IMG/VR virus record: IMGVR_UViG_3300042392_001228
Location: 1 to 64,000 of that record
Source: an uncultured virus (IMG/VR IMGVR_UViG_3300042392_001228)
Taxonomy: Duplodnaviria > Heunggongvirae > Uroviricota > Caudoviricetes
DNA: 64,000 nucleotides
Strand: one strand, 5' to 3'
Positions 1 to 7,449 of the stretch are shown in pieces (position 1 is the stretch's first letter; each line of letters begins with the position of its first letter). A program made the translations under genes and the position numbers. Below the pieces are notes generated by a model. That model was not told the origin of the DNA. It did no database searches and worked only from the letters and a program-made list of their open reading frames with translations.

Positions 1-531
1 CTTTTCAATCTTATCCTGTGTGGTTTTCCTTAAGTCATCAAACTTCGGTGAGTCTGACATGCGCTTCAGCAACCCCTCCTGGCGGCTTAGCTTCTCTCCT
101 ACCTCTTTCATTTTCTCGTTAATTACAGCCCAGTGCTCACCGGTTAGAGCCGCTTTGACTTTGCCCTTTGCACCCACCGTTTGAGTTCGCCCAGAGCTTT
201 CCACAATTTTTGATCCTTTCGGGAGCATACTCGCAAGTTGGCCGATTGCATCGTTCTCTCCCTTCTCTTCAGGGGTGCCCTTGCGGCAGGTCCCTCCGGT
301 ACCGTATGCGGTGCCATTGGGGCGGACGCAGCGAGTGTAGTCATAGTTCTCTATGTATTCTCCGCGAGCCTCACCGGATTTTGCAACAAATTGCTGCTCT
401 CCGCGACTCTTAACTCCCTCGGAAAAGTTTTGAAACTTCCCTGTGTCCGCAAGGTCTGACGTTTCGTAGCCTGCTTCACGCATCAGAGCGAGAAACTTTT
501 CGGCGGAGTCAGGGGTGAATGAGCCTTGCAT
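1..531 (-). CDS. Polymorphic effector-family protein, 3' end runs off the window (not in ORF track)
   Basis: Manual translation from ATG 531: MQGSFTPDSAEKFLALM...QNFSEG...NYDYTRCVRPNGTAYGTGGTCRKG..., open to position 1; GGGTAAAA 22 nt upstream. Confidence 0.85.
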   Translation of the reverse strand, partial: MQGSFTPDSAEKFLALMREAGYETSDLADTGKFQNFSEGVKSRGEQQFVAKSGEARGEYIENYDYTRCVRPNGTAYGTGGTCRKGTPEEKGENDAIGQLASMLPKGSKIVESSGRTQTVGAKGKVKAALTGEHWAVINEKMKEVGEKLSRQEGLLKRMSDSPKFDDLRKTTQDKIEK

Positions 532-595
532 ACGATTTACCGTGTATGCCTTATTTTACCCTGTTTGCTTCGCAGGCGTAAAGGGGCGGTTAACC
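521..595. repeat. ~75 bp direct repeat, copy 1 (promoter, 5' UTR and first codons)
   Basis: gagccttgcatacgatttaccgtgtat...ttttaccctgtttgct.cgcaggcgtaaagggg.cggtt.acc; also at 1546-1621. Confidence 0.9.
554..561 (-). promoter_or_regulatory. Putative late promoter GGGTAAAA
   Basis: 22 nt upstream of ATG 531; recurrent motif. Confidence 0.75.
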
Positions 596-626
596 GCCTA
601 ATAAAGCTAGTGAAACGTAAAGCCAG

Positions 627-1556
627 TTATACCGCTTCAAGCTCAACAATAACATGCATTGGCATTTTCGATACTTTTTTCACTTTGAACGGCTGACCAC
701 GGGGTATAAGAACTTCCTCTTCCGATTTGGCCGCTGAACCTTTTCCCAAGTACACACCCCCGTGATCCCCCGAAATTTTCAAAGTAACTCCTACTGTATT
801 AAGCGCGGTGTTTATTGAAGAACCCTTTGCTGTAGCTTTGTTATACTCAATCGCCCTGTTACCGAAAACAGATCCATAAGACTCATTACTTCGTGCCCTA
901 TTCGCTGATGAAGATTGGACAGCAGGATCAGAATATATTCCTCCAACTTTGAAGTACTTGTCAACATCTGTGTAGGGAACTCGGATCCCTCTTTGAAGGT
1001 CTCCGCTATGTTTGGGGAGTTTTGCCATTGCAGACTGGAGGCCTACGATCGCCTCGTTTGCAATCAAAGGTCCACTCGTTACGCCTCCCACGCCCTTATA
1101 CGCCTTTTCAGTTGGTTTTCTCCCACGCATTAGGATGTTCATGGCAATATATCCGTTTTCGCTATAGTGCAAAATGGATCCCAGTTCCACTGCAGTAAGT
1201 TTGTGATCTTTCGCAAACTTTCGGTAGTGGTCTTGTTCGGACTTTGTGTACTTTTCTAAGAGACTAGAAAGTTTCTGTCGAGCTTTCTCACCTTTTGTAC
1301 TAGTATCTGGCTTGAACTCCCTCACCTTTGCAGTTGAACGACTCGGTGAAGAAGACTTTCTTGGGGGATGCTGCCCGGAATCTGGCTTAGCTGCTTGAGT
1401 CCCTTTCCTGCATTGCCCTGCTGTTCCGTACGCGTCGCCGTTAGGCTTTACACAGCGAACGAAGTCATAGTTCCATTCAGAGAAGGAAAACCCGTGAGTA
1501 TCTCTGAGGATCTCAGCGTAAGTAGAGAGTGCTTCGTCAGAGAAGGAGCCTTGCAT
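627..1556 (-). CDS. Effector-family protein with C-terminal VIP2/C3-like (R-S-E) ADP-ribosyltransferase
   Basis: N-terminal GSFS..FSE..YDFVRCVKPNG..YGTAGQCRKG; C-terminal Y..MN..MR, LQRGI, VQSSS, SEEEVLIPRG motifs. Confidence 0.85.
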   Translation of the reverse strand: MQGSFSDEALSTYAEILRDTHGFSFSEWNYDFVRCVKPNGDAYGTAGQCRKGTQAAKPDSGQHPPRKSSSPSRSTAKVREFKPDTSTKGEKARQKLSSLLEKYTKSEQDHYRKFAKDHKLTAVELGSILHYSENGYIAMNILMRGRKPTEKAYKGVGGVTSGPLIANEAIVGLQSAMAKLPKHSGDLQRGIRVPYTDVDKYFKVGGIYSDPAVQSSSANRARSNESYGSVFGNRAIEYNKATAKGSSINTALNTVGVTLKISGDHGGVYLGKGSAAKSEEEVLIPRGQPFKVKKVSKMPMHVIVELEAV

Positions 1557-1621
1557 ACGATTTACCGTGTATACTCTATTTTACCCTGTTTGCTACGCAG
1601 GCGTAAAGGGGGCGGTTTACC
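1546..1621. repeat. ~75 bp direct repeat, copy 2
   Basis: Near-identical to 521-595. Confidence 0.9.
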
Positions 1622-1858
1622 CTCACCTTGATTCCCCCCTCCGCAACCACTCTTAATCTCCTCGGACCGCACCCACTCCTTCAACCCAGCAACGTACGCC
1701 CTTAGCAACTCAGCTTGTTGCAAGTTCTGGGGGCACCCCGTTCTAAGATGCAAGGACATGTGTCGGTCTATTGCATCTAGGCATGTTTTGATGACAGGGT
1801 TCCACGGTTCCCTGACTTTCGTGTTGTATGTTCTTTTCGTCTCGTCAAAGTCTTCCAT
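1562..1858 (-). CDS. Hypothetical phage protein
   Basis: ATG 1858 MEDFDETKRTYNTKVREPWN...; 3' end reads through the repeat at 1546-1621. Confidence 0.6.
   Translation of the reverse strand: MEDFDETKRTYNTKVREPWNPVIKTCLDAIDRHMSLHLRTGCPQNLQQAELLRAYVAGLKEWVRSEEIKSGCGGGNQGEGKPPPLRLRSKQGKIEYTR
1579..1586 (-). promoter_or_regulatory. Putative late promoter GGGTAAAA
   Basis: 22 nt upstream of ATG 1556. Confidence 0.75.
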
Positions 1859-2035
1859 TGCCTTGTTAACTACGTACTTAGTGTGGGAATCCGTTTCGTG
1901 AAGCAGCAAATTTCCAAGGGTGCGACCTTTGGTTTCGGGCTCCGCACAGTCACAAATAGTCCGTCATTTGCCAGAATTCGTATACAAATAAGGAGTGGGA
2001 GCGCAAAGAGCCTAGTTCTTCTACCGCAAGCACAA

Positions 2036-2764
2036 TCAAACAACTTGGAGTGTGCGATTGTAGTACATTTTGCGGTCTTCAAGACCGTTGTAGCCGCCGT
2101 TAACTCTCCTGGTAACCTGCTCCACAGAAGGGTTTTTGTCACAAAGAGCATTCATTCCGTTGTTAAACCACCAGAATCCTGCCGAAGAGAACGGGTAATT
2201 ATCCGCAACGTAGTTCACACCTTGCATCACCTGAGGGTCTTTAGTAAAATTAGCAAAGTCTTGGTAGTTCGCACGCCCTGTCAATTGTATGTAGCCCGCA
2301 CCCTTGAAACGGGGGCCATCGCCCGGTTGTGTATTCCCCAGGTCTCTCCTACCTTCGTAGTCCCACCCCGAAGCAAGTTCTTTCTTCCAGCGGCCACCGC
2401 CGGACTCGTGAGCTGTTTGACTGAGAAAATGGCGAATTCGGGGCGGTGTTGTTATTCCGAAGTCCCCGAGGCACTTGTTTAGCTCGGACACTTCGGAGTC
2501 AGTGATTAGGGTAGGGGAGCATTGCCACACGTAGGCTAGAGTTTCCTTGGAAACATACTGCTTCGGTGAGGGGGCCACAGGTTGAGTGGGCGGAGTGTAG
2601 AGTTTACGGTACTTTTTCACCCAGGCTGCCTCATCTGTCAGCAATTCTGGTTGCTTTGCAAAAACTTGCTTAGCAAAGTCAAGGAAAGCAGCTTCTTGGT
2701 AAGGGTTGTCGCTTCTGCGGTAACGAACGAAATCGAGGAATTTTTCCGGTGTGAATTGTGGCAT
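2036..2764 (-). CDS. Endolysin, glycoside hydrolase family 19 (chitinase-like)
   Basis: [46 protein letters not shown]. Confidence 0.92.
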   Translation of the reverse strand: MPQFTPEKFLDFVRYRRSDNPYQEAAFLDFAKQVFAKQPELLTDEAAWVKKYRKLYTPPTQPVAPSPKQYVSKETLAYVWQCSPTLITDSEVSELNKCLGDFGITTPPRIRHFLSQTAHESGGGRWKKELASGWDYEGRRDLGNTQPGDGPRFKGAGYIQLTGRANYQDFANFTKDPQVMQGVNYVADNYPFSSAGFWWFNNGMNALCDKNPSVEQVTRRVNGGYNGLEDRKMYYNRTLQVV

Positions 2765-2791
2765 TGTTACTTGGTTACTTGGTTACTAAGG

Positions 2792-2799
2792 TTTTACCC
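2792..2799 (-). promoter_or_regulatory. Putative late promoter GGGTAAAA
   Basis: 27 nt upstream of endolysin ATG. Confidence 0.75.
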
Positions 2800-2820
2800 C
2801 CAGGCCCCCTAATAACTGTT

Positions 2821-3942
2821 TCACTGAGACTGTGCCCTGCGGATCCGTTGTGTTGCAATTTCCAGGTACTCAGGCTCTCGTTCAATTCCGATGAAGTCAA
2901 AACCCTCTAGTTCACACGCCATACCCGTAGAGCCTGACCCCATGAATGGATCGAGCACGATGCCACCGGGCGGGGTGACAAGGCGGCACAGGTAGCGCAT
3001 CAGATCTACCGGTTTCACTGTGGGGTGGATGTTACCCTCTCCCCTTTCGCGTTTACTTGCTTTGGGACAGTAAAAGAATCGAGCGGCGCTGCCGGTACTG
3101 CCTGACGGGAACAACCCCACCACCTCGTCGCTGCCGTCGTGGATCAGGTTGGCGGGCCAGCGGCCAAGAGTGTTTAGCTTCTCAATAGCAGCGTCTGCGG
3201 CTGCCTGCCTGCGGACTAATCCGTTTGGATCGTTTTTCCACGGACGATCCCACCCATCTGACGATCCACCTAAAATTGCTTTGCCGCTCATTTTGGGCAA
3301 AACGTCGTCCGTCCCCACCCTGCACCCATCCACATTCAGCGCCCCAGTGCCGTGCTCCAGCACGTTGGCGGCCACGGTGCCCGTCAGCGGCTTACGGGCC
3401 ATGGTGATCGGCTCCAGGGCGGGCTTTAGCGCAGTGCCCCAGCCGGCCCACTGCTGGGCTTCAGGGGTGGCGGGGGCGTCTCCTGCATGCTCGTGATAAC
3501 CGTTCGCCCTTGCTTTCCTCATCCAAGGCCGTTCGTCGAGTTCATTTGAAAATCCTTTTCCCGCCGTTGATCGGGGTGTCATAGGGGTTCTAACCACCTC
3601 CCGCTCAGCCCCCCTCGCCTTATCAATCGCCTTCGATACATCTAACGATTTCGGGAACCCCGACCCGTAGACCCAGGCGATCATGTCCCGAATCTCAAAG
3701 CCCGCATCCTCAATCCTTGCCGCCATCCGATGCTGGGTGCGCGTGCCAGCGAAGGCCAGCAAGTGCCCGCCAGGCTTCAACACCCGCAGGCACTCGGTCC
3801 ACACCTCAACCGTGGGCACGTTATAGTCCCATCGCTTGCACATGAAGGACAGGCCATAGGGCGGATCAGTCACCACTGAATCCACACTACTATCGGGCAT
3901 GGTTCGCAGCACGTCAAGGCAGTCGCCAAGTAAGAGAGTCAT
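2821..3942 (-). CDS. Site-specific DNA methyltransferase (N6-A/N4-C, beta class)
   Basis: VVTDPPY near N-terminus; HPTVKP and VLDPFMGSGSTG near C-terminus. Confidence 0.93.
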   Translation of the reverse strand: MTLLLGDCLDVLRTMPDSSVDSVVTDPPYGLSFMCKRWDYNVPTVEVWTECLRVLKPGGHLLAFAGTRTQHRMAARIEDAGFEIRDMIAWVYGSGFPKSLDVSKAIDKARGAEREVVRTPMTPRSTAGKGFSNELDERPWMRKARANGYHEHAGDAPATPEAQQWAGWGTALKPALEPITMARKPLTGTVAANVLEHGTGALNVDGCRVGTDDVLPKMSGKAILGGSSDGWDRPWKNDPNGLVRRQAAADAAIEKLNTLGRWPANLIHDGSDEVVGLFPSGSTGSAARFFYCPKASKRERGEGNIHPTVKPVDLMRYLCRLVTPPGGIVLDPFMGSGSTGMACELEGFDFIGIEREPEYLEIATQRIRRAQSQ

Positions 3943-3992
3943 TCTTTAGTTGAGTATGTGTAGTTTGTTTTGAGCCTTTGAGGGGCATACGG

Positions 3993-4000
3993 TTTTACCC
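3993..4000 (-). promoter_or_regulatory. Putative late promoter GGGTAAAA
   Basis: 50 nt upstream of methylase ATG. Confidence 0.6.
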
Positions 4001-4050
4001 TCGGCCCCGTAAGAGGAGTCCCTGAGAGCACAAGGAAAGGTTCCCCCGGC

Positions 4051-4215
4051 CTATGTCTCAGCAGTATCCGTCTTGTACCTGTTAATGCCCCTGATGAAGG
4101 AGTCCATGTTGGTTGCTTTCTCGGCATCTTCGATGAACTTGCGCCTATCCTCGAAAAGGACCGGTTGAATAAGAACAGCGAGAATGCGGCTGATTGTAGG
4201 GTCGTTGATGTTCAT
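4051..4215 (-). CDS. 54 aa partner protein coupled to the upstream effector (candidate immunity; not in ORF track)
   Basis: ATGA overlap with stop of 4212..5588; MNINDPTISRILAVLIQPVLFEDRRKFIEDAEKATNMDSFIRGINRYKTDTAET*. Confidence 0.7.
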   Translation of the reverse strand: MNINDPTISRILAVLIQPVLFEDRRKFIEDAEKATNMDSFIRGINRYKTDTAET

Positions 4216-5588
4216 TCGTTTTCGTCGGGGATTTGTGAGTCCATGGCGGCAATGATTGCTCCACGGTTGAGAAGAACCAAATAGTCCTCCCCGTGTTGGG
4301 GGATCGTGTAAGCGTGTATTCCTAGTGCCGCTGCAGCTTCACCTAGGTCCCTATAGGTGTATCCGGTTTTTTCCTTTGCGTCCTTAACAGTCCTCTCAGC
4401 CCACTTCATTGCTTCGGTTCTTCTCTCAAAAAATGTTTCACCCTGGAATTGAACTATATTTGCGTCTTTACGAACGGCAAAGACGGTTATCTTGGATGAT
4501 ACGTTTTTAAGGTTCCCTGTATAAGCCGTGGCGGTTCTGATGGCTTTGTCCTCGCCCCCACCGTTATCACCTCGAAGTCCTTGAGAGTCGTCTTGAGCCG
4601 CTCCTGCAGAGTAAGACCCGTTACCATGTACCCCCCTTCCAGGGTAGTGAGTATCTCCCTCACTCCCCAACCCTTTGAATTGATCTGAAAATTCCTTGGA
4701 AGTAACACCACGATAGAAGATTAGAGGGGATCCGTCAGAGTTTGTTACAATGTCCTTTCGTTTTCGTAAATCGTCGACCGTTGCAACAAGCTCGGGCTTG
4801 GCGTTGAACCCTTGCCTCTTGTACAAAGAGGCTAGTGTTGGGGATGAGGGTAGTTCTGGAACTACTTTGTCTATCGGGGAGCTACTTCCCGGAGTCTTGT
4901 CATACTTAGGAGACTCTCTCAGTGCCGCTTCGTACGTCTTCGGGTCTCTACCCGGCAGCCTCCTCTCTCTCAGCTCCTTTTCCTTCTGATAAATCAACAG
5001 TCGAAGATTAATCAATCGGGCCTTATTTGCAACCGTGTCCAACTCCGGCGACTTAACCAGGGTTTGCATCATCCTGTAACTTCTTTTTATTTCCGCCACT
5101 GCTTTGGGACCTGACCCAACCCAATCGTATTCATCCTGCACCTTGGGGTTGTTTTCTGAGACTGCTTTCCTCAGCTCTTCCCTGCTGGTTTTCCTATCTC
5201 GCCCAGTCCCCTGCTTCACTAGCCGACCTTCAGGAGCTTTCTCCCCTTTGCTCTTGAGTAAACCCTCTAAAACTGCCCTTTGCTTTGGGGTTACGCGAGG
5301 GTCCTGGAGAACCTTCTTAAGGTCTTCAGCTCCCAACCCTTTTATTTTTTCGGTGAGCCTCATTCCCCCTGCTTTAGGGCCACGCTTTCCTTTTACTTGA
5401 CTCTCCTCTTTCGCCCCAATTTCTGTACCCTGCTTACACTTTCCTCGGCTACCATATATAGTGCCGTTCGGTCTTAAACAGCGAGTGAAGTCATGAGTGT
5501 CTCCATCGGAAAAGTTCAAAGGGTGCGTCTCGGCGATGAGAGCTTCGTACGCTTGGAGAGCTTCAAAGGAAAAAGAACCGGATACCAT
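4212..5588 (-). CDS. Effector-family protein with putative ART/PARP-like C-terminal domain
   Basis: Start reassigned to ATG 5588 (MVSGSFSFEALQAY..NFSDG..HDFTRCLRPNG..YGSRGKCKQG); C-terminal FYRGV..HYPGRGVHGNGSYSA..EDYLVLLNR. Catalytic call tentative. Confidence 0.7.
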   Translation of the reverse strand: MVSGSFSFEALQAYEALIAETHPLNFSDGDTHDFTRCLRPNGTIYGSRGKCKQGTEIGAKEESQVKGKRGPKAGGMRLTEKIKGLGAEDLKKVLQDPRVTPKQRAVLEGLLKSKGEKAPEGRLVKQGTGRDRKTSREELRKAVSENNPKVQDEYDWVGSGPKAVAEIKRSYRMMQTLVKSPELDTVANKARLINLRLLIYQKEKELRERRLPGRDPKTYEAALRESPKYDKTPGSSSPIDKVVPELPSSPTLASLYKRQGFNAKPELVATVDDLRKRKDIVTNSDGSPLIFYRGVTSKEFSDQFKGLGSEGDTHYPGRGVHGNGSYSAGAAQDDSQGLRGDNGGGEDKAIRTATAYTGNLKNVSSKITVFAVRKDANIVQFQGETFFERRTEAMKWAERTVKDAKEKTGYTYRDLGEAAAALGIHAYTIPQHGEDYLVLLNRGAIIAAMDSQIPDENE

Positions 5589-5603
5589 GTTTATACTCGT
5601 TGA

Positions 5604-5611
5604 AGTTACCC
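5604..5611 (-). promoter_or_regulatory. Late promoter variant GGGTAACT
   Basis: 15 nt upstream of ATG 5588; overlaps the Gly-stop of the upstream gene. Confidence 0.5.
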
Positions 5612-6142
5612 GTTGCAAACAGGCAATGTTGGCTTCCTTTCAGCTTGGCCGCCTTGCCGCCCCATTTCTTGAACTTGCTGCTGAGGCTGCTGGTCGAACG
5701 TTTGACCTTGCTGCTGTGCCGCTTGCTGCGCTTGCTGGGTGGCCTGAAGCTGCTCTGTGCTTCGAGGCTGGGGCCTCGGACGGCAGTTTTCCTCGTAGCT
5801 TGCCGAGAGTTCCTTGCCCTTTTGCCCCAACTCATCAAACATTGCCAGTCCTTTAAGATCGCTACGCGATCTTGGGCCTTGCTGGGGGTTTCCCTTCGAG
5901 ATAGAAACAGGGAAGATTGACTCTGAACTTTGCTCCTTTTGCTTACCCTCACTTCCTCTTTGTTTCCCCGGACGACTATCAATGTCCATGCCTTGTAAAC
6001 TTTGGGCGTGCGTAGTTTTGTTCTCTCTCGGAAGCTTCTCTGTGGTCTTGCCCGTCAAAAACTGCTGTTCCCACGGAGACTCGCCGTACAGCATTTCTTG
6101 TACGGCAGCTAGAGATTCGGTTGTAAATCCGGGGACGTTCAT
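5606..6142 (-). CDS. Hypothetical Gln-rich protein with GF leader
   Basis: MNVPGFTTESLAAV...; tiles between neighbouring genes. Confidence 0.65.
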   Translation of the reverse strand: MNVPGFTTESLAAVQEMLYGESPWEQQFLTGKTTEKLPRENKTTHAQSLQGMDIDSRPGKQRGSEGKQKEQSSESIFPVSISKGNPQQGPRSRSDLKGLAMFDELGQKGKELSASYEENCRPRPQPRSTEQLQATQQAQQAAQQQGQTFDQQPQQQVQEMGRQGGQAERKPTLPVCNG

Positions 6143-6227
6143 TCTTACTAGTTCTTTTTCGATTGAATCTGAGTGGAAGTTAGCGTTCCGTGCTCCAGGG
6201 TACTCCCGCTCTTGCGGTGAGTTCTAC

Positions 6228-6794
6228 TCATCGCATTCTTCCACTAACTACTCCACCCTTAATACCCGACTCTACTCTTTTACGGAAAGAGTCTCTCTTT
6301 CTCTCTTCCGGGGTCATAGCCTCACGCTCTTTCGCTGCCTTGGTCCCAGCCTCGCTTCTACCCTCAAGTTTAAGCCTTTCTGCCATAGCCTTCTTTATGG
6401 CTAAGGCGTGGCCCTCTTTCACATCGGTTTCATCGTTGTCTATGGCTTTAATCACCGCCTTATGAATTGCCCCCAAGTGCTTCACTGACTCTGCCTTTGC
6501 GTAAATCTTGTTAAAGGTCTCGTCCGCGTCACTATTCCAGCTTATATTTCGTTTAGCGTCCTCTCTCGCTAGCTCCAGTTGTTCCGGCGTCATTGGGCCT
6601 AACCCACGGCTTTTTGTTAGGGCCACCTCTATTCCCTTGCGGCATTGTCCCGCCGTCCCATATGCGCTACCATCAGGTTTTACACATCGAGTGAAGTCGT
6701 ACGATTCTCCCTCAGAGAAGTTCTGGGGGTATCTTTGAGAAACAAGTGCTTCGTAAGCTGAGAGGGCTTCACCGGAAAAGGAACCGTTTGTCAT
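6228..6794 (-). CDS. Effector-family protein, C-terminal domain unknown
   Basis: MTNGSFSGEALSAY..QNFSEGESYDFTRCVKPDGSAYGTAGQCRKG. Confidence 0.85.
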   Translation of the reverse strand: MTNGSFSGEALSAYEALVSQRYPQNFSEGESYDFTRCVKPDGSAYGTAGQCRKGIEVALTKSRGLGPMTPEQLELAREDAKRNISWNSDADETFNKIYAKAESVKHLGAIHKAVIKAIDNDETDVKEGHALAIKKAMAERLKLEGRSEAGTKAAKEREAMTPEERKRDSFRKRVESGIKGGVVSGRMR

Positions 6795-6813
6795 GGTAAT
6801 TCTCTTTAAGTGA

Positions 6814-6821
6814 CTTTACCC
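6814..6821 (-). promoter_or_regulatory. Putative late promoter GGGTAAAG
   Basis: 19 nt upstream of ATG 6794. Confidence 0.75.
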
Positions 6822-6860
6822 TACTTCCTTCCTATCAACAAGGCCAATAGCCGTCCAACC

Positions 6861-7178
6861 TTACCCCTGGCAAGAACCGTCGGGACGTCCACAAGTTACA
6901 AAGTCCAAGGCACCGCCAAGCATCGAAGCAACCTCCTGAGCAACCTCCTCGGAATAACCCATCGACGTTAGCCGCTCTGCATGATCCTTCGACTTTCCTG
7001 CCATTGAAAGTGCTATTGCAATGGCCTGATCTTGAGACTTAACAACCTTACCTTCTTTCCCCTTCTTTCCTCGTCCTGAATGCAACGGTTTCGGATCGCC
7101 GTGCTTCCACCGGTGCATCACTTGCCCCACTTCGTCTTTGTGGGCCGACATCGAGTGATCTTCAGGAAGCTTCGACAT
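6861..7178 (-). CDS. DUF6496-like small protein ending in a truncated Cys module
   Basis: VMHRWKHG..LHSG..KVVKSQDQAIAIALS; C-terminal LDFVTCGRPDGSCQG*. Confidence 0.7.
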   Translation of the reverse strand: MSKLPEDHSMSAHKDEVGQVMHRWKHGDPKPLHSGRGKKGKEGKVVKSQDQAIAIALSMAGKSKDHAERLTSMGYSEEVAQEVASMLGGALDFVTCGRPDGSCQG

Positions 7179-7203
7179 TTTACGTGAACCGGACTTACAG
7201 ATA

Positions 7204-7211
7204 TTTTACCC
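7204..7211 (-). promoter_or_regulatory. Putative late promoter GGGTAAAA
   Basis: 25 nt upstream of ATG 7178. Confidence 0.75.
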
Positions 7212-7275
7212 TGCCTACTCTCTTTGTTATAGGCGGACTTACCCGTATGAACAGAGGGGGATCCCACCCGTGGGG

Positions 7276-7449
7276 CTAGAGGTAAGCCCCGCCTAAGAGC
7301 GCATCCTCACTTACATCCCCCTTCTCTCGCAGCTTCATTGCAGCTTCAAGGTACGGATTTGCGCCGTCACCAAGCTCGCCGCGTCTTTCCTTGTAACGAG
7401 ACATGAGCGCGATATACTGCGCGTCGTTTTTTCCTGTAGTCCCTTTCAT
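7276..7449 (-). CDS. 57 aa kinase-partner protein (candidate immunity/inhibitor; not in ORF track)
   Basis: TAATG overlap with kinase stop; MKGTTGKNDAQYIALMSRYKERRGELGDGANPYLEAAMKLREKGDVSEDALLGGAYL*; homologous to 45762..45923. Confidence 0.85.
   Translation of the reverse strand: MKGTTGKNDAQYIALMSRYKERRGELGDGANPYLEAAMKLREKGDVSEDALLGGAYL

Noticed and set aside
585..598. Perfect palindrome GGCGGTTAACCGCC
   Set aside because: It is not preserved in the second repeat copy and has a poor U-tract; at most a weak terminator.
2766..2787. GTTACTTG tandem repeat upstream of the endolysin as an RpaB/HLR1 site
   Set aside because: Its period is 8 nt and it does not fit the spaced (G/T)TTACA(T/A)(T/A) pair; it occurs once.
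6148..6231. 27 aa ORF ATGA-coupled to effector 6228..6794 as a fourth immunity gene
   Set aside because: Too short, and no homolog within the window supports it.
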